Part shown: in pieces, positions 53,797 to 62,797 of the stretch
How positions within the stretch are numbered: position 1 is the first letter of the stretch
Layout: each line of letters starts with the position of its first letter
DNA from: an uncultured Verrucomicrobiae bacterium
GTDB taxonomy: Bacteria; Verrucomicrobiota; Verrucomicrobiia; Limisphaerales; JAFGQR01
Direction: 5' to 3'
DNA: 64,000 nucleotides
Assembly (NCBI GenBank): GCA_963788655.1
Contig: CAWBHS010000090.1
Coordinates: 96,001 to 160,000 of the forward strand
Program-made: the position numbers and the translations under genes
Notes under the pieces: generated by a model
The model's input: only the letters and a program-made list of their open reading frames with translations
What the model was told of the DNA's origin: nothing
Database searches by the model: none

Positions 53797-53827
53797 GTAG
53801 GTCGGGTTTGCGAAGCGTAACCCGACA
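53797..53827 (+). repeat. GTAG-family REP hairpin, copy 1
   Basis: GTAGGTCGGGTTTGCGAAGCGTAACCCGACA; a partial inverted copy lies at 53768-53783. Confidence 0.85.
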
Positions 53828-53870
53828 CCCGTGCCCGATATCCCGCTCGTCCACCCCAAGTGATTCGCAA

Positions 53871-54660
53871 TTAGTCACCGCTCCCTTTTGGGGCACAGAG
53901 GCCCAAGGCCCCGGCTTCGATGTTCCGGTAGGCCCGCACCAGCCTATCCGCCCATCCTTCAGCCAGGGTCTGGGTACCGATCAGATCCTGTCGCAGTTCG
54001 ATCATCACACTCGGCAGACCGCGACCCTCACCGTGCACGGGTACGGTGTAATCGATGTGCGCTTCGATGGGATAGGGTTCGTTGTCCCCCACCACCAGGT
54101 CGTGTTCCTCGGCAAGCGCGCTGCGCAGCAACGCGGCCAGTCGGTCATCGCGCCAATGGGAAACGCCCACGTGCCATGGTCGGGGTCTGCCGTCCAGCAC
54201 CGGCGTGAAACTGTGAATACTGAGCAACAGCGTGGGCCGCTGCGCCCTTTGATCCAGCAGCTGGTCGATGGCGTCGTGATAGGGCTGAAACAAGGTCTGG
54301 ACCCGTGCCGCCCGTTGCGCCGGCGACAGGTCGCGATTGCCCGGGACGACGATGCCGTCACTGTGCTGGGCGATGGACTGGGGGCTGACAGGCGGGCGAT
54401 TGCAGTCGATGACCAGGCGTGAATAAGCGCTCAATAGCAACGGCGCGTCCAACACCTTGGCAAGTCGGCGCGCGACATCGGCGGCGCCGGGGTCCCAGCC
54501 GATATGGGCTCGAGTGCGCCGGCGCAAGGCCCAGATACTCGAGTCGCCGTGGCACGCGGTTGGCGGCGTGGTCGCACACCAGCACCGCGGCCGCGGCGCC
54601 AGCGGCGTTGACCACTTCCACCGGTGCCGGTTCGTCGGCCTCTAGCAACGGCTCGCTCAT
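53871..54660 (-). pseudogene. N-formylglutamate amidohydrolase family, frameshifted near 54520
   Basis: LVCDHAANRVP in one frame; HIGWDPGA, SRLVIDCNR, IHSFTP, NEPY, IELRQDLI in another. Confidence 0.88.
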
Positions 54661-54675
54661 GAATCGATGGTCCGC

Positions 54676-55504
54676 TTACGCATACCCGGCCGTCAGCCCG
54701 TTTGCAGTTCGTCGGTCCACACCCGAAAACCCTTCAGCAGGTTCGGCCCGAACGTGCTGGTGAGCGCCACGTCGGCGGCGTCGCGGCCCTGAGCGATCAG
54801 CACCCGCCCGATGCGCGGCATGGTTGTTGCGCGCATCGAAGGTATGCCACTGGCCGTCGAGATAGACCTCGAACCAGGCGGAAAAATCCATGGCGTCGTC
54901 GACGGCGGCACGCCGATGTCGCCCAGATAGCCGGTGCAGTAGCGCGCCGGAATGTTCATGCAGCGGCAAAAGCGTCACGGCCAGGTGCGCGTAGTCGCGG
55001 CACACGCCGAGGCGCTCGTTGAAGGCCTCCAGGGCGGTCCGGGTGGCGCGCGCGTGCTGATAGCCGAAGCGTGATGTGGCGTGCACGAAATCACAGATGG
55101 CCTGCACCCGCGGCCAGCCTTCCGGCGTCTGGCCGAACAGCGACCAGGCCGTCTCCGAGAAACGTCGGTCTCGCAATAGCGGCTGCCCAGCAGGTAAACC
55201 AACGTCTCGTACGGAAGGTCCTGCACCGCATGCTGGCGCGCCGAAGGGGCACGCCGTCCGGCTCGCCGCTGTCGTTGATCACCGCATCGGTGATGATTCG
55301 CAGGTGCCCCGGGTGGGGCGACGATCCGATTACACCAATTACCAAAACCATCGCGGTAGGCTCGCATCGGCACCGCTGGATCGGTAATGATATTGTCGGC
55401 CGAAACCAGATCCGAGACGCGCTATAATGCACATTCAGCGTCAGGATCATCGGCGTGGGCTGTGGACATTGATAGATCAACTCGTAGCCAATCCGGATCT
55501 GCAT
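54676..55504 (-). pseudogene. Transglutaminase-family protein with multiple frameshifts
   Basis: MQIRIGYELIY..PQPTPMIL; YRDGFGNWC; YLLGSRYCETD; GVCRDYAHL; NIPARYCTGYLGDIG; DFSAWFEVYL; GRDAADVA, spread over three frames. Confidence 0.88.
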
Positions 55505-55689
55505 CCTGCACTCCTGCTGGAAAGATGGGCTGGAAATCGCTTGCGAGACCATTACAACATGTGGCGCGCGGGACGCAACCCATATCATCCGTGCAGACAA
55601 TAGCCCCAACGCGCTTCAGGATGACTTTGTTCAGACCAAATCGAACTCCGGGTTTGTCGCTCGTGTCACCGACACCATCTCATATAAAC

Positions 55690-55720
55690 GTAGGTCGGGT
55701 TAGCGCAGCGTAACCCGACA
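55690..55720 (+). repeat. GTAG-family REP hairpin, copy 2
   Basis: GTAGGTCGGGTTAGCGCAGCGTAACCCGACA. Confidence 0.88.
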
Positions 55721-55797
55721 CCACCCCGGCGATCGCCATCACCCACTCAAGCTACCTACGCAAAAAAGCTCGGCAAATCCTTGGTGCGCGCGCCATA

Positions 55798-57165
55798 ATG
55801 AGACACATGTCATCGTTATCGAGCCGCATTCGCCTGGTTTTCCTCCTCCTTGCTTTGTGCAGTTGGTGCCCGCCGCCAGCATGGGCCCAGGATGCGCCGA
55901 CCGCTGACAAGACGCTCAGCGTCAATATCAGCGACGCCGCCGATCAGCGCATACAGCAGGCCATTCAGCGGCGTTTGCAGCAGAACAAGAATCTGATGGA
56001 TGTTCAGGTCTCGGTGGACGCGGGCGTGGTAACGCTCAAAGGCAGCGCACTAACCTCCGAGGCCATCGATGAAGCGATCGCCCTGGCGCGTCGCACCGAA
56101 GGTGTTGCCGCCGTCAATTCCGAACTCACCGAGAACTGGCAGGTACGGCAACGGGTGCGCCCTACACTTCAGGACGGCTGGACCCGATTACAAAGTTTCG
56201 TCTCGCTGATCCCGCTGTTCTTGGTCGCCGTGGCGATCGTGGCACTGTTCGCGGTTCTCGCGAGGCTGTTCGGCAATTGGGACCCCTTGTACAATCGCCT
56301 GTCGCGCAATCGCTTCGTGCGGGACCAACTGCGTCAAGCGGTGCGCACCATTGTCTTCGTGATCGGCGTACTGATCGCCCTGGAATTATTGGATGCCACC
56401 GCCTTGGTTGGCGCTCTTCTGGGGACCGCGGGCGTGGTCGGCATCGCGCTTGGCTTTGCGTTCCGCGATCTGGTGGAAAACCACATCGCCAGCATCCTCC
56501 TCAGTCTGCGCCAACCGTTCGCGCCCGGGGATCAAGTGGTAATCGGCGACCACGAAGGCAAAGTGATCCGCCTCACCTCGCGCGCCACCATCTTGATGAC
56601 CCTGGACGGCAATCACCTGCGGATTCCCAATGCTGACGTGTACAAGGGCGTCATTCTCAATTACACGCGCAACCCACAGCGTCGGTTTTCGTTCGGCGTC
56701 GGCGTCGGCGTCAATGAAGAATTACAACGTGCGCAGCAGTTGGGGGTTGCCGTGTTGCAGTTCATGGACGGCATACAGGACCAGCCGCCGCCCATGGCGC
56801 TGATCGAGGAACTCGGCGACTCGAATGTATTGATCCGTTTCTTCGGCTGGGTAGACCAGACCGAGCACAACTTCATCAAAGTCAAAAGCGAAGCAATCCG
56901 CCAGGTCAAGAAAGCGCTCGACGACGCCGGCATCGACATGCCGGAACCGATCTATCGTGTCCAGTTGAGCGATCAGCGCGGCAGCAAGGCGTCCATCGCC
57001 ACGGAGCAATCCCGCGAAACCCCCGAAGTGCGCGCGAAGCAATCCCTGCAAGACACCCCCGCCGGCGACTTGTCTGCCGGCGACTCCGTCGACACCCAAA
57101 TCGCCCGCGAGCGGGCCGACACGCAGGACGTGGACTTACTCGATCCATCGGCACCTAAAGAATGA
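55798..57165 (+). CDS. MscS-family mechanosensitive channel with BON domain
   Basis: Signal peptide; BON (VDAGVVTLKG); GIALGFAFRDLVEN, PF.PGD, IPNA. Confidence 0.92.
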   Translation: MRHMSSLSSRIRLVFLLLALCSWCPPPAWAQDAPTADKTLSVNISDAADQRIQQAIQRRLQQNKNLMDVQVSVDAGVVTLKGSALTSEAIDEAIALARRTEGVAAVNSELTENWQVRQRVRPTLQDGWTRLQSFVSLIPLFLVAVAIVALFAVLARLFGNWDPLYNRLSRNRFVRDQLRQAVRTIVFVIGVLIALELLDATALVGALLGTAGVVGIALGFAFRDLVENHIASILLSLRQPFAPGDQVVIGDHEGKVIRLTSRATILMTLDGNHLRIPNADVYKGVILNYTRNPQRRFSFGVGVGVNEELQRAQQLGVAVLQFMDGIQDQPPPMALIEELGDSNVLIRFFGWVDQTEHNFIKVKSEAIRQVKKALDDAGIDMPEPIYRVQLSDQRGSKASIATEQSRETPEVRAKQSLQDTPAGDLSAGDSVDTQIARERADTQDVDLLDPSAPKE

Positions 57166-57299
57166 ACGTCGATGATTCTTGCTCGCTGTCCGCATCGGAT
57201 CAATGCGCGCCGCGAAGCCAAATAGAATCATCCGGTGAAAAGCGCGCGGCACATCTGGCCATTAGGCCGTGAGCCATCCGCAAACGTCCGCGCCAGATT

Positions 57300-57462
57300 G
57301 TGGCCCGCCGGCACGATTTGCACTTCGCTGACCATTTCCAGCACATCCCATAAATAACCCACATCCCAGGCCTCAGGCTGCATAGAACTCCTCCGGTTCT
57401 TTCTCGATTTCGCGTCGACGGTGGGATTATTCAATATCGACGGCGTCACCAACTCCACTTGC
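57300..57462 (-). pseudogene. MNT-HEPN (DUF86) toxin-antitoxin remnant
   Basis: Frameshifted MNT tail (VELVTPSILNNP / RRREIEKEPEEFYAA*) overlaps a HEPN-like start MQPEAWDVGYLWDVLEM that then loses similarity. Boundaries approximate. Confidence 0.65.
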
Positions 57463-57675
57463 TGATTTTCTTTTCCAAAGCAAAGCCTGTGCATGATTGT
57501 GCGTGCGCGCCCGTTACGAGGGTTCCGCGTTACCCGCTTCATTGACAAGTCCGCAAGCGTAGACAACATTTAAGCAGTGGTCACCGGATCTGCGACGGCC
57601 TAGCACCCAACAGGCAAGCCGAAGCGCGGCGCCGATTCGGGCAGCGCATACGAAGCCGGACTCGAGAGGCCGGAC

Positions 57676-60612
57676 ATGGGGAACGACGGACAGTTCCACC
57701 CACCCAGCGGATGGCCACAGATTCTTTTGGTGCTGGTGCTCGCTGTGGGTGCGGTCTGGGTGCAGCTTCCGATCCAGACCCATCGCCCGCCACCGGTCGC
57801 CCAGGGCGTTCGAACAGCCGGGCTGCAGGATGTCGACGCACGCCTTTGGCAGGACCCGTTCGTTGCCGCGGAAAACGCCAAGCAGCCCGGGTCGACCACG
57901 TCCGCACATACGATAGACCGACTCGTACGCGCAGTCGGGGCACAGCAGGGTAATATCGAGATTGTGGCGGTGCTTGTTCCCGGCAGCCCTCGGGTTGGTG
58001 CGGACGAATTACGCAGACGCATCCGCTATGCGGTACTCGCGGGCCTCAGCGTTCAAGGATATGTCCCCCACGACCCCGAGCATGTCGGTTACGTCGAAGA
58101 CCAGAGCCAAGGGTGGCACGTACGCATGCCATTCGAGTGGCTCGATGACGCCACTGGAAACGAAAGCGCCTCTCCAAGCCGGACGCTGATTCTATGGCTC
58201 GACGAAGGGGCGCTTGCTCAGCAGAACCCGGCTCCGGCGGCTCCGGCGACTGCGCCGGCGCGCGGGCCTCTCGCCCGACTTGTCGCGTTGCTGGAGGAAC
58301 TGAACCGCGCCGACGGTGAAAAAGTCCACCTGCACTTTACCGTTCTCGGTCCAACCTCCTCGACTTTTCTGAAGCAGGTCATGGAGGAACTCGAAGGAAA
58401 TTCTTCCGCCGTCGTACAGCGGCTGGCGAAGCTTTCCGTCCATTGGTACTCGCCGAGCGCAACGCTACCGGACCCTGAGCTTATATTGAGCGACGGACAC
58501 CGTTTGGTGGACGTATTACCGCGCTTTCAGCGCACCATCGTTTCCGACGACAAGCTCATCGATGCGCTTTTCGGGGAACTGGGAATTCGGGGGATTTGCG
58601 CACGCGGAGAAACCGTCGCACTGGTCGGCCAGTGGGACACTGCCTATGCCCGCGCGCTCCGCGCACGATTGAAAACCGCCATTGGCGAAACGCCGGAATG
58701 TCCCGACACACGGATCGTGAGCGTCAGCTATTTGCGCGGAATCGACGGCCAGCTACCCGGAACGAATAGCAGCACTTCGAAAACCAACGAAGAGGGACGC
58801 CGTAACGTCGTCGAGCGGCCGGAAGGCCGAGCGCAAATCGACTACCTGCGTCGACTGGCGAAGAATCTGGTCCGGCGCGAGGACAGCTTCGGACGCATCG
58901 GCGCGATCGGCGTACTTGGCGACGACTACCACGATAAATTACTCGTACTCGAGGCCTTGCGGCCGATCTTCCCTGCCGCGGTGTTTTTTACCACCGACCT
59001 GGATGCGGCGATGCTGCACCCATCCGACAACGAGGTGACACGCAATCTGGTGGTCGCTTCCGCTTATGGGCTGCAGGCGCGGCCCGTTCTGCAGGAGGAT
59101 ATACCGCCGTTCCGGAGTACCTATCAGACCTCTTTCTTCCTGGCCACGCGGTTCGCGCTCGAAACCAGCGCCAGCAACGCGCCCGCAAAAAATGACATCA
59201 GGTTCCAGTCGGGCAATACCGCGCAGATTTATGAAATCGGTCGAACCGAAGCCGTCTCGTTGACGCCGCAACCGCAGTCGGGCGACTGCAACAGCATCAC
59301 CGATTGCAACTATCCCTACGCCAGCGGAGATTCACCTCCGAGCCTGAAAGGTGCGCTGCTCGTCCCGATCGGGCTCGCCGTCGCCTGGTTACTCGGGGTT
59401 ACCGCAGGATTTGTGCATCGCCACCACACGCGTTACTGGCTGGCCGCGATCGGCATTACCACCGTGCTTGCGACTTTGCTTGCCTTGTTCCTCTCCCACA
59501 CGCCGGAGCATCGGGAGCCGCTCAACTGGTTGCAGGGCATCAGCGTCTGGCCGAGCGAATTTCTGCGCATCATTGCGTTTGCGGCATCGATCGCACTGAT
59601 CCTGCGAGGTCGTAAAAAACTGCGCGAGCGCCGCGAACTTATCGAACAGGAATTCTTCGGCGCCGCCCCCGTAGGCATCTCTGAAACCCATTTCGCAAAC
59701 CGCCGGTCGGTCTCCCGATACGTGTCGTATACATGGGCTGTACTGAAGCACGGCATCCAGCGACGCACACCTACCGGCAACGACTCCGGCCCCTTGAGCG
59801 CCAGGGTCCTTTGGGACACCTATTGTCAGAGGAACGCGGTCGCCGCGGGTCCTTGCTATGTACAACTCCCGTTCGGCGTGGTTGCGGTGCTATTCGTTGT
59901 CGTGTTTTTCGGACTCGGGCTGCTGTTGCCAAGCTTCGGCATGGACCCACCAAAAACACCCGCGCGAGGCGCCGCTGAGTTCGTCATCGACAGAGCGATC
60001 CTCTTGCCCACCGTGGTCGCGTTCCTGTCTCTGCTCGTGTTCGCCATGCACGAGAGCGACCGTGCCGTGTGGCTCATAGGTGAACTGCGAAAATCCACCA
60101 ATTGGCCTGCAAACGCGTTGGAGAACGTCTGGCCCGCGTCCGCACCGGCGGATGAGCGACGACGGTTCGATGAATGGTTGGACGTTCGATTCATCGGAAC
60201 CATGACCGAACCCGTACAACACATCATTTTCGATCCATTTGCGATTTTGGCGCTCTTGATCGTTTCAAGAAGTTCGCTCTTCGATCGCTGGAACATTCCC
60301 GACACGCTTATCTTGATCTTCGGCCTGGCAATTGCCTTCGTGGCAATTGCGGCATTGCGGTTGCGCGCAGCGGTCGAGCGCATGCGCACCGACTCCACCG
60401 ATCGTCTGCAACTCAGCGAACTGGAATGCAAGGCAAAAGGACTCGACAAACTCGCGCGGCAACTCGCCGCAGTACGCAGCAATGTGCGGACCTATCGAAC
60501 CGGCGCGTTCGCGCCTTTCAGCCAACAACCGCTGGTCAAAGCTGCGCTTACCGTCACAGGAACCGTGTCCGGCATCGCCTTGCTGGAATATGCCAGCCTC
60601 GCCAATTTCTAG
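57676..60612 (+). CDS. 978-aa uncharacterised membrane protein: N-anchor, large exported alpha/beta domain, about 8 TM helices
   Basis: RBS GAGAGG; uninterrupted ORF; hydrophobicity pattern read by eye. Confidence 0.85.
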   Translation: MGNDGQFHPPSGWPQILLVLVLAVGAVWVQLPIQTHRPPPVAQGVRTAGLQDVDARLWQDPFVAAENAKQPGSTTSAHTIDRLVRAVGAQQGNIEIVAVLVPGSPRVGADELRRRIRYAVLAGLSVQGYVPHDPEHVGYVEDQSQGWHVRMPFEWLDDATGNESASPSRTLILWLDEGALAQQNPAPAAPATAPARGPLARLVALLEELNRADGEKVHLHFTVLGPTSSTFLKQVMEELEGNSSAVVQRLAKLSVHWYSPSATLPDPELILSDGHRLVDVLPRFQRTIVSDDKLIDALFGELGIRGICARGETVALVGQWDTAYARALRARLKTAIGETPECPDTRIVSVSYLRGIDGQLPGTNSSTSKTNEEGRRNVVERPEGRAQIDYLRRLAKNLVRREDSFGRIGAIGVLGDDYHDKLLVLEALRPIFPAAVFFTTDLDAAMLHPSDNEVTRNLVVASAYGLQARPVLQEDIPPFRSTYQTSFFLATRFALETSASNAPAKNDIRFQSGNTAQIYEIGRTEAVSLTPQPQSGDCNSITDCNYPYASGDSPPSLKGALLVPIGLAVAWLLGVTAGFVHRHHTRYWLAAIGITTVLATLLALFLSHTPEHREPLNWLQGISVWPSEFLRIIAFAASIALILRGRKKLRERRELIEQEFFGAAPVGISETHFANRRSVSRYVSYTWAVLKHGIQRRTPTGNDSGPLSARVLWDTYCQRNAVAAGPCYVQLPFGVVAVLFVVVFFGLGLLLPSFGMDPPKTPARGAAEFVIDRAILLPTVVAFLSLLVFAMHESDRAVWLIGELRKSTNWPANALENVWPASAPADERRRFDEWLDVRFIGTMTEPVQHIIFDPFAILALLIVSRSSLFDRWNIPDTLILIFGLAIAFVAIAALRLRAAVERMRTDSTDRLQLSELECKAKGLDKLARQLAAVRSNVRTYRTGAFAPFSQQPLVKAALTVTGTVSGIALLEYASLANF

Positions 60613-60723
60613 GGTCGTCGGTTGCCAGCATCCCGACCGGATGGATATCGGAAAGGCGCGAAACGAGGTTCAAAACGGCTGGCGTCCACGCAGCATGGAC
60701 ACGCATTGATTTTGGACAAAGCG

Positions 60724-60753
60724 CAGCTTCGTTTAACCCAGCTTCGTTTAACC
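60724..60753 (+). repeat. 15-bp tandem duplication
   Basis: CAGCTTCGTTTAACC twice, in the gap between convergent genes. Confidence 0.8.
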
Positions 60754-60819
60754 CACGCATAACCGTGGTTTGTTCCCGTTTTTTCTGCGTCGACGCGCGT
60801 GGACCGCCGGAGCATTCCT

Positions 60820-61479
60820 TCATCGACCGGCGCCTGCATCCGCGAGTTCCAGCCAATCCTGCGCCGACAACACGCCGACCACCTCGAACGTGCCGTCACC
60901 CCGCGGGCGCACCACTGCCGAACCACCTTCCGGCGGCCGAATGTGCGCAACCATCATCAACACGTTGCCGTGGGCCACCAACACCACGTTCGACCCGTCC
61001 GGCGGCGGCATCGACAAGCGCTTGCGCGCCGTCGCCGTCAAGGCCTCCCGCCCACCGACATACGCCGCAGCGCGCGTATTGAGCACGTCCCGCGTCGTCT
61101 GCACCGGCCCGAGGTTCAGCAACTTCGCCGTCTCGGTGGTACGGCAATACTCACTGGCGAAAACCGCGCTCACCGGAATCTGCAACCGCCGCATCGCCGC
61201 GCCTACTGCCTTGGCGGTCGCCCGGCCCTCATCGGAAAGCTGTCGCATCTGATTGCGATCGCAACTGCGGATAGCCGCCTCCGAATCCAACTGATCGGAA
61301 TCCAGCCAATCGGTCGGTGCGTGCCGGAAATACAGGATATATCCGCCGCCGCGCACCGCCGCCACCAATGTGTCGCGGTCCGCAGCAGCCGCAGGGGTCG
61401 AATACAACGCAAATGCGCACATCGCTGCGAATATCGCGATCAATGAACGACGAAGACAGGCCAGATCGAACCGGGACAT
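60820..61479 (-). CDS. Exported histidine phosphatase family protein
   Basis: Signal peptide; YFRHA, RQLSDEGR, SEYCRT.ETA, LVAH. Confidence 0.88.
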   Translation of the reverse strand: MSRFDLACLRRSLIAIFAAMCAFALYSTPAAAADRDTLVAAVRGGGYILYFRHAPTDWLDSDQLDSEAAIRSCDRNQMRQLSDEGRATAKAVGAAMRRLQIPVSAVFASEYCRTTETAKLLNLGPVQTTRDVLNTRAAAYVGGREALTATARKRLSMPPPDGSNVVLVAHGNVLMMVAHIRPPEGGSAVVRPRGDGTFEVVGVLSAQDWLELADAGAGR

Positions 61480-61590
61480 GGGATACCAACGTCGCTGTGA
61501 TGAATACGGCATATTAGACCCGTTAGCAGGCAAACGTTCCACGGCTTCACGCGGAAATTTCCGGTCCGCGAATCTTAGCCAAGGAACAGC

Positions 61591-61621
61591 GTCGGTCGGG
61601 TCAGCGAAGCGAAACCTGCCA
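61591..61621 (+). repeat. Degenerate REP, copy 3
   Basis: GTCGGTCGGGTCAGCGAAGCGAAACCTGCCA, ending 8 bp before the antitoxin ATG. Confidence 0.7.
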
Positions 61622-61629
61622 GATATCGT

Positions 61630-61836
61630 ATGACATCCGTGACTATTTCTGAGAAATATCCGGTTGTTATTCCAAAGGCCGCACGTCAGGCGTTGAAGCT
61701 GCGCCCCGGCCAGAAGGTGGAAGTGTTGGTCTATGAAGGGCGACTGGAATTCGTTCCGACCGGCGACCTCAAATCAGCGCGTGGTTTCTTGAAAGGAATA
61801 AAGACTGACGTACCCCGGGACAGGGACCGCGTGTGA
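61630..61836 (+). CDS. AbrB/MazE-type antitoxin
   Basis: VTISEKYPVVIPK..R..L.LRPGQKV; GTGA overlap with the PIN gene. Confidence 0.88.
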   Translation: MTSVTISEKYPVVIPKAARQALKLRPGQKVEVLVYEGRLEFVPTGDLKSARGFLKGIKTDVPRDRDRV

Positions 61837-62156
61837 ATGTAGTGAACTCGTCCCCGATCCTCGACACCGAACACCGGCTCGTTCCCGCCACCAGCATCCT
61901 GGAAGTCTTCAAACGGGTTTGTCGGCAACGCGATGAAAACGCCGCGCTGGCTGCAGTCACTCTGATGCATCAGGGTACGGTCGTCGACCTGGACGGGGAA
62001 CTTGCACTGGCCGCCGCCAAACTGGGAAGCGATCACAAACTACCACTCGCCGATTCCGTCATCCTCGCATCCGCCCGCCGCTACGACGCCACGCTTTGGA
62101 CGCAGGACGCAGATCTTGAGGGATTGGACGGCGTGCGTTATTTCGCGAAGCCTTGA
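61833..62156 (+). pseudogene. vapC: VapC/PIN toxin, probably inactivated by an N-terminal deletion
   Basis: EVFKR, LPLADSVILA and LWTQDAD are present, but the N-terminus reads MNVVNSSPILD instead of the usual VVDSS-(about 17 aa)-PI.D. Confidence 0.72.
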
Positions 62157-62183
62157 CCACGCACAATCGTGGTCTGTCCCCGG

Positions 62184-62513
62184 TTACCTATAGAGTTCCT
62201 GCATGTCCTTCTCGATTTCGCGTCGGCGATATGGGTTGGTCAGTATGGAGGGCGTGGCAAGGCCCACCTTGCGACCATCGAACAGTCTCGTGAAGGCATC
62301 CTGGATTTCCATCATGCCACCCAGCGACGGCGCCTTGCCGTGTTCGAACTCCACTAATAGATCGATGTCACTGTCGGGTCGCAGTTCACCGCGCGCGGCC
62401 GAACCAAACAGCACCAGCCGACGGATGTGATACCGTTCCGCGAGTGCTCGTAGAGCCGCGCGCGAAACGGCAATCGTCTGTCCGACCATGAGTCGATCTC
62501 CATCGCCCGTCAT
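62184..62513 (-). CDS. Minimal nucleotidyltransferase (MNT antitoxin), orphan
   Basis: LFGSAARG..RPDSDIDLLVEF; C-terminal NPYRRREIEKD; no HEPN gene follows. Confidence 0.88.
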   Translation of the reverse strand: MTGDGDRLMVGQTIAVSRAALRALAERYHIRRLVLFGSAARGELRPDSDIDLLVEFEHGKAPSLGGMMEIQDAFTRLFDGRKVGLATPSILTNPYRRREIEKDMQELYR

Positions 62514-62566
62514 GTCTTCTTCTTCCTGCGCTGTTGCGTCGCCCAGACGCCCGATGACGAAAATGA

Positions 62567-62665
62567 GTAGGTCGGGTTAGCGAAGCGTAACCCGACAATC
62601 CAAACCGCTCAGATTACGCATCTATGTCGGATCGTAGGTCGGGTTAGCGAACGCGTAACCCGACA
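62567..62665 (+). repeat. Tandem REP hairpins, copies 4 and 5
   Basis: GTAGGTCGGGTTAGCGAAGCGTAACCCGACA (62567-62597) and GTAGGTCGGGTTAGCGAACGCGTAACCCGACA (62634-62665). Confidence 0.88.
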
Positions 62666-62797
62666 CAGACCCGCAATCTCCGTCGTCTTAATGAGCTTCT
62701 CTGAACTCCCGCACCTCGGCAGCCACCAGCTCGCCGAACAACAGCGAGCGGTTTTTGGCGCTCCGCAGGCGGCACCTCCGGTTTCATAAATACGGCT

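Noticed and set aside
53797..62665. Repeats as a CRISPR array or integron attC sites
   Set aside because: Spacing is irregular and kilobase-scale, there is no cas or intI gene, and GTT precedes AAC on both strands (the opposite of attC). The GTAG-plus-hairpin form fits REP.
62686..62790. Possible IS end or transposase C-terminal scrap (...EVREFREAH*)
   Set aside because: No partner inverted repeat or transposase motif found; too short to support.
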